Part shown: positions 18,361-27,708 of the stretch, one piece after another
Position numbering within the stretch: the stretch's first letter is position 1
Layout of the letters: the number at the start of each line of letters is the position of its first letter
Origin: a virus
Length of the DNA stretch: 64,000 nt
IMG/VR virus record: IMGVR_UViG_3300021387_001054
Strand: one strand, 5' to 3'
Made by a program: the position numbers and the translations under genes
The notes under the pieces: generated by a model
Database searches by the model: none
Told to the model about the DNA's origin: nothing
What the model saw: only the letters and a program-made list of their open reading frames with translations

Positions 18361-19890
18361 TTGAAGTCTTCACTTTCTAATTCGGTTTCTAATTTAACTG
18401 ATATCAATGACTCTTTCGCTCTTGGAACATTGAATGTAGCTTACACCGGTGAAAATCGAAATCAGACTGCAATCTCCAAAGAGGCATTTGAAAAAAGTGC
18501 TTGGTCAGCCTTAAACTGTCCGATTGTTGCTAATTATGACTTCGAGACAAAAGAAATCGGTGGTCATGACACAATTTTATCATTGTCACCTAATGGAGCA
18601 AGTGTTATCAACCTCACCCAACCTGTCGGTGTTGTGCCTGAATCGGCGAAATTTTATTGGAAATCAATTGAGGACAATGGCGTTGTGCATGACTATTTAT
18701 GTATTGATAATGTTATATTATGGAAACGTCAACCATGTTATCAGAAACTTGTCGAGAATGGCACAACCGCTCAGTCTATAGAAATTAGTGTTACTAATGG
18801 ACAGTTAGATGATGGCATATTACATATCAACGAATTTCAGTTTGAAGCATTTTGTTTGTTAGAACGCGATGAGCCGTGTTTTGAACAGGCTTCTTTGCAG
18901 TTATTTAGTAAGCAAGAATTTGCTGAACAGTGGCAACAGATGTTACAAGAATATGCACAAACCACATTACCGGATTCCGAGAATGGAGGGAAATCAGTGG
19001 ATTTAGAAAATACCGTAATTCAGGAAGTAGAAGATATAGCGGAGGAGACAGTAGTTGCCCCCGCAGATGATGGTGCACAAAATGATGTGGACGTAGCTGA
19101 ACAGTCTGCGGACGAAGAGGTTGTAGCAACTTCTGAGGAAACATCTGAGGTGGAAACGACAGAAAATAAAACGTCTGATGGTGAACTGCCTGTCGATGAC
19201 GAAACTGTTGAAAGCGAAGGAGCAGAAGTACTGGAGTCGTTTGCTTTAACTGCGGAACAAATTCGCTGCCAATTATTGCGAGAACTTGATGTTATGGGCA
19301 ATCATTTTAGCTTGTATGATTACGATAATGAAAATGTCTATTTTTATGATTGTGAAGATGGACTGTTGTATGGATGTGCGTACCAGATCGTAGATGGACA
19401 CGCGGTTATTAACTTAGAGACTAAAACTCGTAAGCAACTTGCTATTGTTGATGTAGAACAATCTGAGAGTCATTCTGTTTTGTCTGACTTAATCAATCAT
19501 ATGGTGGACGAGCAGGTTGGTAATTGCTCTGCTGCGTATGCAGATAAGATAGCTCAATTAGAAACTCAGATTGGCGAATTAAATGCTACCATTAAAGAAC
19601 TGACTGAGTTTAAGACACAGAAGTTGGCAGACGAGCGTGCATCTGCGGAGACGGCATTGTTTGATCGTTTTGATGAACAACTGCAACGGTGTGATGCGTA
19701 TACCGAATTAAAGCAACATGCAGCTGAGTATTCGCTCTCTGAATTAGAGACTCAGTGTTATGTATTAGTAGCAAAGAAAGCTATGATGTTTTCAAAGGCA
19801 CCTGTGTCTCGTAGAATACCCGTCGAGGGTGTTACAAATACGTCGGTAGATGCTTATGGTGGTTTACTGAACGATAAAAAACAAATTTAA
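18361..19890 (+). CDS. Scaffolding or prohead-protease-scaffold fusion-like protein
   Basis: Globular N-terminal domain, highly acidic low-complexity linker (EETVVAPADDGAQNDVDVAEQSADEEVVATSEETSEVETTEN) and a C-terminal coiled coil. Sits between portal and capsid. Confidence 0.35.
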   Translation: MKSSLSNSVSNLTDINDSFALGTLNVAYTGENRNQTAISKEAFEKSAWSALNCPIVANYDFETKEIGGHDTILSLSPNGASVINLTQPVGVVPESAKFYWKSIEDNGVVHDYLCIDNVILWKRQPCYQKLVENGTTAQSIEISVTNGQLDDGILHINEFQFEAFCLLERDEPCFEQASLQLFSKQEFAEQWQQMLQEYAQTTLPDSENGGKSVDLENTVIQEVEDIAEETVVAPADDGAQNDVDVAEQSADEEVVATSEETSEVETTENKTSDGELPVDDETVESEGAEVLESFALTAEQIRCQLLRELDVMGNHFSLYDYDNENVYFYDCEDGLLYGCAYQIVDGHAVINLETKTRKQLAIVDVEQSESHSVLSDLINHMVDEQVGNCSAAYADKIAQLETQIGELNATIKELTEFKTQKLADERASAETALFDRFDEQLQRCDAYTELKQHAAEYSLSELETQCYVLVAKKAMMFSKAPVSRRIPVEGVTNTSVDAYGGLLNDKKQI

Positions 19891-19905
19891 GATGGAGGTA
19901 ATATA

Positions 19906-20421
19906 ATGGCTAATTGTGTAGTTCGTACCGATCTTATGAGCGGTATTACAGATGCTTCTTGCCTTGAGCATGGTCGTTTCTATGGCTCTGACGGTAAGTT
20001 CGCAGAGATTCAAAATGGTTCGATTGTACAGGTAGGTGCTTTAGAGGAAAATGAGCGTGAGTCTCATAAATACACCGACGTTGCCGATGGTGCGACTTTA
20101 ACGGATGTAGTGCTTATTGCTGAACCGGAGATGGGTAAGACTTATAGAAATCATGTTGATCTGACTGAGTATATCAACGAGGCAGGCAAGTGTATCCGTG
20201 GTTATCGTCTGCACGCTTTTGATGAGTTTTCTGTAACCGCAGATGGTTTTAAGGACGCAACAGCAGCAAAGGTTGGTGCCTTTGTGTCGGTTGCTAAGAA
20301 TGAGCACATTCTGACTGTTGGTGCTTCTAAGCCGTCCTCTGGTCTGTACATTGGTAAGATTGAGCATGTAGAGACTCGCGGAACTCTGACGTTCTATAAC
20401 ATCGCTGTTTACGCAAAGTAA
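19906..20421 (+). CDS. Hypothetical head protein (171 aa)
   Basis: Strong RBS ggaggtaat. Position upstream of the capsid gene. Confidence 0.35.
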   Translation: MANCVVRTDLMSGITDASCLEHGRFYGSDGKFAEIQNGSIVQVGALEENERESHKYTDVADGATLTDVVLIAEPEMGKTYRNHVDLTEYINEAGKCIRGYRLHAFDEFSVTADGFKDATAAKVGAFVSVAKNEHILTVGASKPSSGLYIGKIEHVETRGTLTFYNIAVYAK

Positions 20422-20445
20422 TTATAAGAGGAGGTTTTAATAATA

Positions 20446-21462
20446 ATGGCTAATACTAACGAGATCGTAAGACTGGCTCTTGATAGCCGTCATGGTCGTG
20501 GTGATGCGACACATTATTCTGCGCATGACGTGCAAGACTCCCTGCGTTCTGCTCTGATTGACCTGAATGGTGGTTCTACGAAGTTGAATGCAAAGGCTAT
20601 CCGCAATGGCAATGCTAATGAGATGTTTTCTGTTGCCGAAGAGGTTATCCAGCATGAGTTAAATGATTATTGGACGAACAACGAGATTGTTAATCGTGTT
20701 GTTGAGCATCGCAATGCAGCTCTTGGCGATGACCTTGAGTTCTATGTACCGGACAATTCTCTGTTCGCAGTTGCTACTATTTCTGAGGGTAACACTGGTA
20801 TTCGTCGCCAGCGTTTTACGAATGGCCAGTACGTTAATGTTCCGGTTGAACTGCGCGGTATTAAGATTTATGAGGATATGATTCGCGTACTGTCTGGCCG
20901 TGTTGATTTTAATGATATGATTGACAGAGCTATTGCATCTATGGCAAAGGACGGTTACGACCGCGCTATGAGTGCATGGGCTAAGATTTCTGCTACCGAG
21001 CTTGGCGACACTTATGTTCCGACCGTAACTGGCACATACGACGAGGACACTCTTCTGCGCCTGGTTGATGACGTCGAGGCTGAAACCGGTAAGAAGGCTG
21101 TTATTTACGGCACGAAGCGTGCTCTGCGCACCATTGCTCCGTCCGTTGAGATGGCAGCATCGTCTGCGAAGGAAGACCTGTATCAGATGGGTTACTTTGG
21201 TAAGTTCTATGGCACCGATTGTGTTGCTATGCAGCAGGCGCACAAGACCAATTCGACCGAAATGGTTCTTGATGACAAGACCTTGTTTGTTATGGCAGCA
21301 GATGACAAGCCGATCAAGCACGTTACTTATGGTGAAGGACTCATCCTGCAAAAGGATGCTATCGAGAATGCTGATCTTACCTACGAGTGGCTTTACACTG
21401 AACGCGATGGTTTTGGTGTTGTTGTCAGCGACGTATTTGGTAAGTACACGTTTGCGAACTAA
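20446..21462 (+). CDS. Major capsid protein (candidate)
   Basis: 338 aa with strong RBS aggaggtt and codon usage biased to GC-ending codons (highly expressed). Position after the scaffold. The antisense ORF 20659-21351 is spurious. Confidence 0.5.
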   Translation: MANTNEIVRLALDSRHGRGDATHYSAHDVQDSLRSALIDLNGGSTKLNAKAIRNGNANEMFSVAEEVIQHELNDYWTNNEIVNRVVEHRNAALGDDLEFYVPDNSLFAVATISEGNTGIRRQRFTNGQYVNVPVELRGIKIYEDMIRVLSGRVDFNDMIDRAIASMAKDGYDRAMSAWAKISATELGDTYVPTVTGTYDEDTLLRLVDDVEAETGKKAVIYGTKRALRTIAPSVEMAASSAKEDLYQMGYFGKFYGTDCVAMQQAHKTNSTEMVLDDKTLFVMAADDKPIKHVTYGEGLILQKDAIENADLTYEWLYTERDGFGVVVSDVFGKYTFAN

Positions 21463-21500
21463 TTTTATTTTTCCGTAGATTAAACGGGATTATTTTTTGA

Positions 21501-22073
21501 ATGAAAGGATTTAATATGGCAGAAACAAATACGAAGACTCGTAAAACGCAATCTGCAAAGGACAGCACCGAAAAAGCTACACGGAAACCGAGACACACCG
21601 CTCAACGTAGACAACAGATTAGTATTCCGCTTGATACTCAAATTTGCTGTGTGAGTGGTGTAGTTGGTAAGTTGATTTACGAAAGTAAACTGTTGCAAGG
21701 GCGTGTTTATGAATGGTCTGGATATGGCGATGAGCAGTATTTAGATTTAGCAGAATTACAGTCGATGCGTAATGCGTATCCGGCATTCTTTACTCAAAAC
21801 TGGATTTTAATTGACGATGAGGAAGTATTAAAGTTTTTGCGTATTGCGTCTTATTATCCGCACATTCGTTCGATTGAAGATATTGAGGACGTGTTTGACG
21901 CTACGCCGAATGTAATTCGGGCAAGAGTATCGCCCTGTGGCAACACTCTGAAACACACAATTGCTTCTTTGGCACGCAAAAAATTGGCTAGTGGTGAGTT
22001 GGATTCTAATGCCGCCATTACAGCTCTTGAGGAATCGACCGGTGTAAGTATCCGAAATACGGCATTGGGGTGA
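21501..22073 (+). CDS. Hypothetical structural protein with a basic N-terminus (190 aa)
   Basis: ORF in the head-tail module. Confidence 0.4.
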   Translation: MKGFNMAETNTKTRKTQSAKDSTEKATRKPRHTAQRRQQISIPLDTQICCVSGVVGKLIYESKLLQGRVYEWSGYGDEQYLDLAELQSMRNAYPAFFTQNWILIDDEEVLKFLRIASYYPHIRSIEDIEDVFDATPNVIRARVSPCGNTLKHTIASLARKKLASGELDSNAAITALEESTGVSIRNTALG

Positions 22074-22077
22074 GTAT

Positions 22078-22518
22078 GTGGCTACCAGTTATACAACTAT
22101 CATTGAGAGATTTCTTCCGACTGTGAAGGAATACTTATATGCTGATATTGATGAGGATGAACTCTACGAGTTAGTATGCCCTTATATTATAAGTGCTGCA
22201 ACTCAATTCAACGATGCTTGCATTGTAGACCTTAATGATAGAGATGACGAAGCAAGAGAGTTCGTGAATGATTTATCTGACGAGGAAATTGATATTTTAG
22301 TTGATTTGATGCGTGTTGAGTGGCTTAAACATAAATTATATAATTCCGAGTTGTTGCGTAATGGTATGAGCACAAAGGATTATACTGTGTTCTCCCCCGC
22401 TAATCTGCAAAATCAAATTCGCATAACATATCAAGATGCACGCGAAGAAGCAAGAATGCGTTTATATCAATACTCATACACTCACCCCCTCTCTAATAAA
22501 CTGGGGGGAGTGACATGA
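22078..22518 (+). CDS. Head-tail connector/adaptor-like protein (146 aa; GTG start)
   Basis: Position and size only. Confidence 0.3.
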   Translation: MATSYTTIIERFLPTVKEYLYADIDEDELYELVCPYIISAATQFNDACIVDLNDRDDEAREFVNDLSDEEIDILVDLMRVEWLKHKLYNSELLRNGMSTKDYTVFSPANLQNQIRITYQDAREEARMRLYQYSYTHPLSNKLGGVT

Positions 22519-22826
22519 AATTAACATTTTCTTCGTCCGATGACCGAGCGTATGTACAAAGGTTGATTGGTAAAATTTATAAAATTTTGCCGATTTGTGA
22601 AACTAACCCGTCTACAAAGCAGGCTTATATTGAATCGTTAATGCGTGAATTACACGGTAGTTTATATACTATTTCAAATGCGTATTATCGTGTTCAATGT
22701 ATTACAGTCTTGAACACTCTCATGTATTTAAGTGTTGCAGATTACGATGCAGACATTTATCGAAGTGAGGTATTTAAGTGTCTCCATATCATTGAGTCTA
22801 TCGGAGATGAGCTGAATGAATCTTAA
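22515..22826 (+). CDS. Hypothetical head-tail protein (103 aa)
   Basis: Overlapping start-stop coupling. Confidence 0.3.
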   Translation: MKLTFSSSDDRAYVQRLIGKIYKILPICETNPSTKQAYIESLMRELHGSLYTISNAYYRVQCITVLNTLMYLSVADYDADIYRSEVFKCLHIIESIGDELNES

Positions 22827-23790
22827 CACGTACCAGAAGATGCTGACTCATGATGGCGCGACACGTAGAGAAAGGGCAGTTAATAAAATTCATCGTGATA
22901 TTTACGATCTTGCTGTTGACAATCCTGCATATCACAAAGTTCTCATCAACGGAGAAGAAAGATATGCGACTATTGTTTCATCTCTTGATCCGCATATTAA
23001 GAAGATTACTGCTATGCCGGGAGAGAGATTATCGGTAGGAAATCATGTGCGCTATTGCGATCATGATTATTGGATTACAGCTTGTAGTGCAGATGATGGT
23101 ATTTACGCATTTGGTGAAATGGTTTTGTGCAATGAGGTTGTTCGGTTCATTTCCCCTCTTGACCATAAAACAATCTTAGAATATCCGACGTTGGTTACGA
23201 ATACTACGAAGTTTAACACAGGTGAAACTCCTAATAAACGCTTGACTCTTCCGAGTGGTCAGTTTTCAATGCTGTTGCCGATCAACGAGCACACACTGTT
23301 GGTGGATAATAATTTCCGTTTCTTAATTGATAAAAGAAAGGATTACCCGTCTGCTTATCGCGTGACTTATGTTGACCCGGAAACATACGGCTATGATGAT
23401 GGCTTGTTGAGTTTGATTTTGTTGCAGTGCGAATTAAACCGCGGCACTGACAACATCGACCTTATGATTGCAGACTATTGGAATCAAAAGGTAGATGACC
23501 CCCCTGCTCCTAAGATTTCACTGGATACTACTAAACCGACTATGCGTATAGGTTTGTCAAAGACGTTTACGCCGATTTTAGAGGGAGATATTTTAACCCC
23601 GTTGTTATTTACTGTGACTATGATGGATGAGATTGCTCCGTATGTATCTTACGAAAAATCTGATACATCTATTACATTCACTGTACAAAACGATATGCGG
23701 TTGGTTGGCAATGTAGTGAATTTATCTATCACTGATGCAGATGGATATAACCAATACAAGACATCAATTCAGATCCGAGGGGTGGTTTAA
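22816..23790 (+). CDS. Hypothetical structural protein (324 aa)
   Basis: ORF coupled into the operon. Confidence 0.4.
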   Translation: MNLNTYQKMLTHDGATRRERAVNKIHRDIYDLAVDNPAYHKVLINGEERYATIVSSLDPHIKKITAMPGERLSVGNHVRYCDHDYWITACSADDGIYAFGEMVLCNEVVRFISPLDHKTILEYPTLVTNTTKFNTGETPNKRLTLPSGQFSMLLPINEHTLLVDNNFRFLIDKRKDYPSAYRVTYVDPETYGYDDGLLSLILLQCELNRGTDNIDLMIADYWNQKVDDPPAPKISLDTTKPTMRIGLSKTFTPILEGDILTPLLFTVTMMDEIAPYVSYEKSDTSITFTVQNDMRLVGNVVNLSITDADGYNQYKTSIQIRGVV

Positions 23791-24254
23791 TGGCTGGTTT
23801 GCATAGTAGCGTTATTCGCTATAAAAACAACGCAATTGCCGCGATCTTAAATGACCCTGAGATTGTTGCCGCATTAGAACCTGAGACAGATTCAATCGAG
23901 GATTTAATTGAACGCAACGTTTTTCCGTATTTTCGTGTGCCGAGGACGGACACTGAAACGCTTACATATATCACCGTATGTATTGATTTGCCAGAAGAAT
24001 ATCATCCCCAAAATTTAATGCGTGATCTTATCTTGAAAATTTGTATTATTGTACATCAAGACGAGATGCACACAGACTTTGGTGCCACAAGATTAGATTA
24101 TATTGCTGCGCAATTGGACGATATTTTTCTTGACAATCCAGAATATGGTTATGGACGTTTGCGTTTATTATCCAGTATTGAAAGTAGTCTGGATCAATTT
24201 CATCGTTATCGTGAGATTATGTATGTGACGAACGAGTCTCAGGTGAAGTGCTAA
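23790..24254 (+). CDS. Hypothetical head-tail joining protein (154 aa)
   Basis: ATGG overlap coupling. Confidence 0.35.
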   Translation: MAGLHSSVIRYKNNAIAAILNDPEIVAALEPETDSIEDLIERNVFPYFRVPRTDTETLTYITVCIDLPEEYHPQNLMRDLILKICIIVHQDEMHTDFGATRLDYIAAQLDDIFLDNPEYGYGRLRLLSSIESSLDQFHRYREIMYVTNESQVKC

Positions 24255-24991
24255 TGGACGAGCACCGTCAATTATTTATTGATAAATTACAATACTATCG
24301 CGGCAACGATGTAAAAATTGATGATCTTATATTGCGCTGTCCGACTTTGGGCGAAGTATGTGATTATGGCGATAATAGGTTTTTATCTATGGCGCACCAT
24401 TTTTGCGCTATCCCCACAGATTATATGGATGAGTTGGACGCTGCCGGCATTCGTTATGAGGATTTAGATGAGTATGAATTTTTTATTACTAATATCTTCC
24501 CCTCTTTGGCAGACATGAATATTGGCATATTATTCCCGAACTTAAATATAACACAAATGCAATTAGCTGAAAATACGGAAACCAAAGAAATCCTACAGGT
24601 TGATTGGAGCACAGGGTTTCAATTCAATAAAGAAACGTACAACAAACTAATTCCGACGTTGCGTAATATTTTTGGTTTTGAATATGCACCTAAGATAGCA
24701 GGCACCGCGTTGACGAGAGAGAAAATGATAGAAGCTGCCCGTCAACAAAAATTGATGGCCAAAAACAAGAGTCATGAATCGTTTTTGTTACCACTTATCT
24801 CAGCCTTAATAAATACGGCTGAGTTCAAATATAACCATCGAGAAGTATGGGATATGCCGTTTTTTGCATTTATGGACTCTGTTCGTAGAATTCAAGCGGT
24901 CAAGGTAGCCCATGAAATGTCTACTGGTGGTTACTTCGGATTGAAATTATCCGAAGTGAAAGAATACTTAGATTGGATGCGTGATTTGTGA
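24248..24991 (+). CDS. Hypothetical structural protein (247 aa)
   Basis: ORF. Confidence 0.4.
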   Translation: MLMDEHRQLFIDKLQYYRGNDVKIDDLILRCPTLGEVCDYGDNRFLSMAHHFCAIPTDYMDELDAAGIRYEDLDEYEFFITNIFPSLADMNIGILFPNLNITQMQLAENTETKEILQVDWSTGFQFNKETYNKLIPTLRNIFGFEYAPKIAGTALTREKMIEAARQQKLMAKNKSHESFLLPLISALINTAEFKYNHREVWDMPFFAFMDSVRRIQAVKVAHEMSTGGYFGLKLSEVKEYLDWMRDL

Positions 24992-25026
24992 CGCATCTAT
25001 TTTTTATGTTTGGAGGTTATTAAATA

Positions 25027-25803
25027 ATGGCTACTTTTTATAAAGACGACATTATTATCAATATGATGCTGTCTGCCACGATGTTCAGTAAGTCTACCAA
25101 CGAGGTTCTGTTCTCTGCGACGATGTTGGAAGAGCCGAGCCTTGAACTTGGCGGCGAGAAGGCATACGTTACCGATAACTATGGCATGAACATTGCTGCA
25201 TTCAATAGACAGAAGACTTGTACATTCTCTGCAACCAACTCTCTGTTTTCTCTTGGTATGTTAGCAAACCAGTTTGGTGCAACGCCGCAGACGGGTTCTG
25301 ACATTCTGATTCCGGCTCGTGAAATCTTGAAGGTTGCAAGTGGCAATACTGTCAGTTTGAAGCACGCGCCGCGTACCGGTTCTGTTTCTATTGATGTTCT
25401 GGACGATAGTCGTTCGTCTATTGGCGTTCGTCTGACTGAATCTGCTACTGGCTCTGGTGTTGCTGTTCAGGACAAGAAGGTTACTATTACGTCTGATGAT
25501 GTAAAGGCAGGCACTCTGGTTGCTGTTCATTACACTTATGCAGGCGATGCAGTTCGTATTGCCAACAAGACCGATAGCTTTACCGCTGCTGGCGAGTTCC
25601 GCATTGAAATTCTGTTCTGCGATAAGTGCGATCAGATGACTCAGTATTATGGTTTCTTAGTATTCCCGAATGCTGCCCTTGACAACAATGCTACCATCAA
25701 CTTAACTTCTGATGGCAAGCACGCATTCTCTGTCGAGGCACTTGTTGACTATTGCTCTGAGGGTCAGGAGCTTTGCTACGTTGTAGTTCCGGACAGCAAG
25801 TAA
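25027..25803 (+). CDS. Major tail protein (candidate)
   Basis: S/T/V-rich beta-type 258-aa protein with strong RBS ggaggtt, upstream of the chaperone-like ORFs and the tape-measure protein. Confidence 0.35.
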   Translation: MATFYKDDIIINMMLSATMFSKSTNEVLFSATMLEEPSLELGGEKAYVTDNYGMNIAAFNRQKTCTFSATNSLFSLGMLANQFGATPQTGSDILIPAREILKVASGNTVSLKHAPRTGSVSIDVLDDSRSSIGVRLTESATGSGVAVQDKKVTITSDDVKAGTLVAVHYTYAGDAVRIANKTDSFTAAGEFRIEILFCDKCDQMTQYYGFLVFPNAALDNNATINLTSDGKHAFSVEALVDYCSEGQELCYVVVPDSK

Positions 25804-25804
25804 T

Positions 25805-26089
25805 ATGACTACGCGCATCTGTAAAATTTGCGGGAAAAAATATAAAGTATGTCCCTCATGTGAAGAAGTGCGAACTTTTGCACCGTGGCGCACGCTAGTT
25901 TGTTCGGTCGAGCATTATCAAGTGTTTACAATATTGTCTGAGCATATTTGTACTAAAGATTCAAAACAGGCCGCGCAATCGCTGCATAGACTGCATCTCA
26001 CTAAAGATGAGATGATAAAGTTTACGCCAGCGGTTCAGAAATCAATTACTGATATTTATGCGGCTGCTAAAAGCGAAGCGAAAAAGTGA
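25805..26089 (+). CDS. Small Zn-ribbon protein (CxxC...CxxC), paralog A
   Basis: ICKICGKKYKVCPSCEE... Confidence 0.4.
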   Translation: MTTRICKICGKKYKVCPSCEEVRTFAPWRTLVCSVEHYQVFTILSEHICTKDSKQAAQSLHRLHLTKDEMIKFTPAVQKSITDIYAAAKSEAKK

Positions 26090-26229
26090 TGACAATTAAA
26101 ACATGTGAAGTATGTGGGACAAAGTATGAAGTGTGTGATACATGCCCGAAGGAAATTGTTTTCTTTTGGAAAAATTATGTTTGTAGCCCCGAATGCTTTA
26201 TGATATATGCTCGTCAGCATTTGAATTAA
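26089..26229 (+). CDS. Unlisted 46-aa Zn-ribbon protein, paralog B (MTIKTCEVCGTKYEVCDTCPKEIVFFWKNYVCSPECFMIYARQHLN)
   Basis: ATG at 26089 overlaps the upstream TGA. Same C-x-x-C-G-x-K-Y-x-V-C-x-x-C pattern as paralog A. Confidence 0.4.
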   Translation: MTIKTCEVCGTKYEVCDTCPKEIVFFWKNYVCSPECFMIYARQHLN

Positions 26230-26278
26230 GGATAAAGGGGGAACGTAATGTTTCCCCTTTTTTCAGCGAATTTAAGGA

Positions 26279-26734
26279 GTGAATTTGGTGCCATCGAAAT
26301 TTAACGTGTCTTCTGATGTTAGCAAACGTACATATGATGGCATCGTATACGATTCAGCCGTCGAGATGAAGTTTATGCGGGATTATTTGAAACCCAAATT
26401 AGAATCAGGTGAATTGGTATCTGTTGAAAGACAAGTTAAGTATGTCTTACAACCCGCTTTCCGCCGTGAGGATAAATTAGTTAGAGCTATAAATTATGTC
26501 GCTGATTTTGTAATCACATACCAAGATGGTCATGTGTCAGTAATTGATATCAAGGGTATGGCAGATGCAACAGCATTATTAAAACGTAAGTTGTTTTGGT
26601 ATACGTTTCCAGATGTAGATTATCAATGGATTTCGTATTCTAAAACAGACGGCGGTTGGATATCTTACGATACTCTCATACAAAAGCGCAAAGAGCGCAG
26701 ACTAGAACGAAAGAAAAGGATGGAACATAAATGA
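26279..26734 (+). CDS. Hypothetical protein (151 aa)
   Basis: ORF with RBS aaggagtg. Confidence 0.35.
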   Translation: MNLVPSKFNVSSDVSKRTYDGIVYDSAVEMKFMRDYLKPKLESGELVSVERQVKYVLQPAFRREDKLVRAINYVADFVITYQDGHVSVIDIKGMADATALLKRKLFWYTFPDVDYQWISYSKTDGGWISYDTLIQKRKERRLERKKRMEHK

Positions 26735-27255
26735 TCGAAACAAGTAAGTTGATGGAAGTATTGCCTGTTGACGATGTATATACTACAGAACGTGCATCAG
26801 TAAATATACAAGGTCGTACCTTAGAGTTTGAGGTTGCAAAGTTGTTACCTATCTCTTCGGTCAACGATATATACGAAGATGTCTTATCTATGTGGTACGA
26901 CAGCGAAGGTGGCTTTCGTTTTGTTATGGCAGAATATCTTTGGAGATATGTGATTATTCACGCTTACACGGATATTGATTTGCCGGAGAGTCTTGATGAT
27001 GCTTATGCGTATTGTTACAGCGAGATATGGGATGCTGTGATTGATATTGTATCAGCAGATCAGTTGTTAGATTTACGCGCAGCATTAGATGCTGTAGTTG
27101 AGCAACGCGAATATCGTCAGCGGTCGAAACAACATATTACAGAGATTATGGACGATATCAACATGATTTCTCAAGCAATGTTGAATGTTGACAATCTGCC
27201 GGAATGGTTGGCAGATAATTTAAGCGAAGACAAACATCCCTTAATTAAGGGCTGA
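26731..27255 (+). CDS. Acidic protein; tail assembly chaperone-like
   Basis: Acidic composition and position upstream of the tape-measure protein. Confidence 0.3.
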   Translation: MIETSKLMEVLPVDDVYTTERASVNIQGRTLEFEVAKLLPISSVNDIYEDVLSMWYDSEGGFRFVMAEYLWRYVIIHAYTDIDLPESLDDAYAYCYSEIWDAVIDIVSADQLLDLRAALDAVVEQREYRQRSKQHITEIMDDINMISQAMLNVDNLPEWLADNLSEDKHPLIKG

Positions 27256-27260
27256 TAGTT

Positions 27261-27689
27261 GTGCTTGTAACATGGGGAGAGGTCGAAAGACGCGCAAAAG
27301 CCGCCATAAAAACGTCAATTACAAATACTACAAAGTTCGCACAAAAGGCTGCTATAAGATCATATGTCACCATGAAGCCAAGTTCTATTACTCATCATCA
27401 ATTAGTTAGCCGTGCTGGATACTCTATGGCGGTATCTTCTACTGGTTTAGGATATATTGGCACAGTTATTCCTACAGCATCTCCGCATCAATCAATTGTT
27501 AATCCAGCCAAATATAAGGTTATTCCGGGAAGTTTAGCTTACTTGTATGAATATGGGCATCGTTATAATTTAAGAACTCGTACTAAAGACCCTGCTTTTC
27601 CAGTTATTGCCAAAGTGCAAGCAGACGCAAATAATGAATTAAGAAAAGAGTTACTTACAAATTTCGCAGCAAAAGGATTCCGCTTATAA
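27261..27689 (+). CDS. Hypothetical protein (142 aa; GTG start)
   Basis: ORF. Confidence 0.3.
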   Translation: MLVTWGEVERRAKAAIKTSITNTTKFAQKAAIRSYVTMKPSSITHHQLVSRAGYSMAVSSTGLGYIGTVIPTASPHQSIVNPAKYKVIPGSLAYLYEYGHRYNLRTRTKDPAFPVIAKVQADANNELRKELLTNFAAKGFRL

Positions 27690-27708
27690 GAGTGTGGGGT
27701 GATCGCGG

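Noticed and set aside
20659-21351. 230-aa antisense ORF inside the capsid gene, plus 21065-21478 in an alternate frame
   Set aside because: Shadow ORFs of a highly expressed, GC3-rich capsid gene.
27241-27261. Possible -1 programmed frameshift between the chaperone-like ORFs 26731-27255 and 27261-27689 (G/GT-type)
   Set aside because: The -1 frame is open for only 4 codons upstream of 27261, and no X-XXY-YYZ slippery heptamer is present at the junction.
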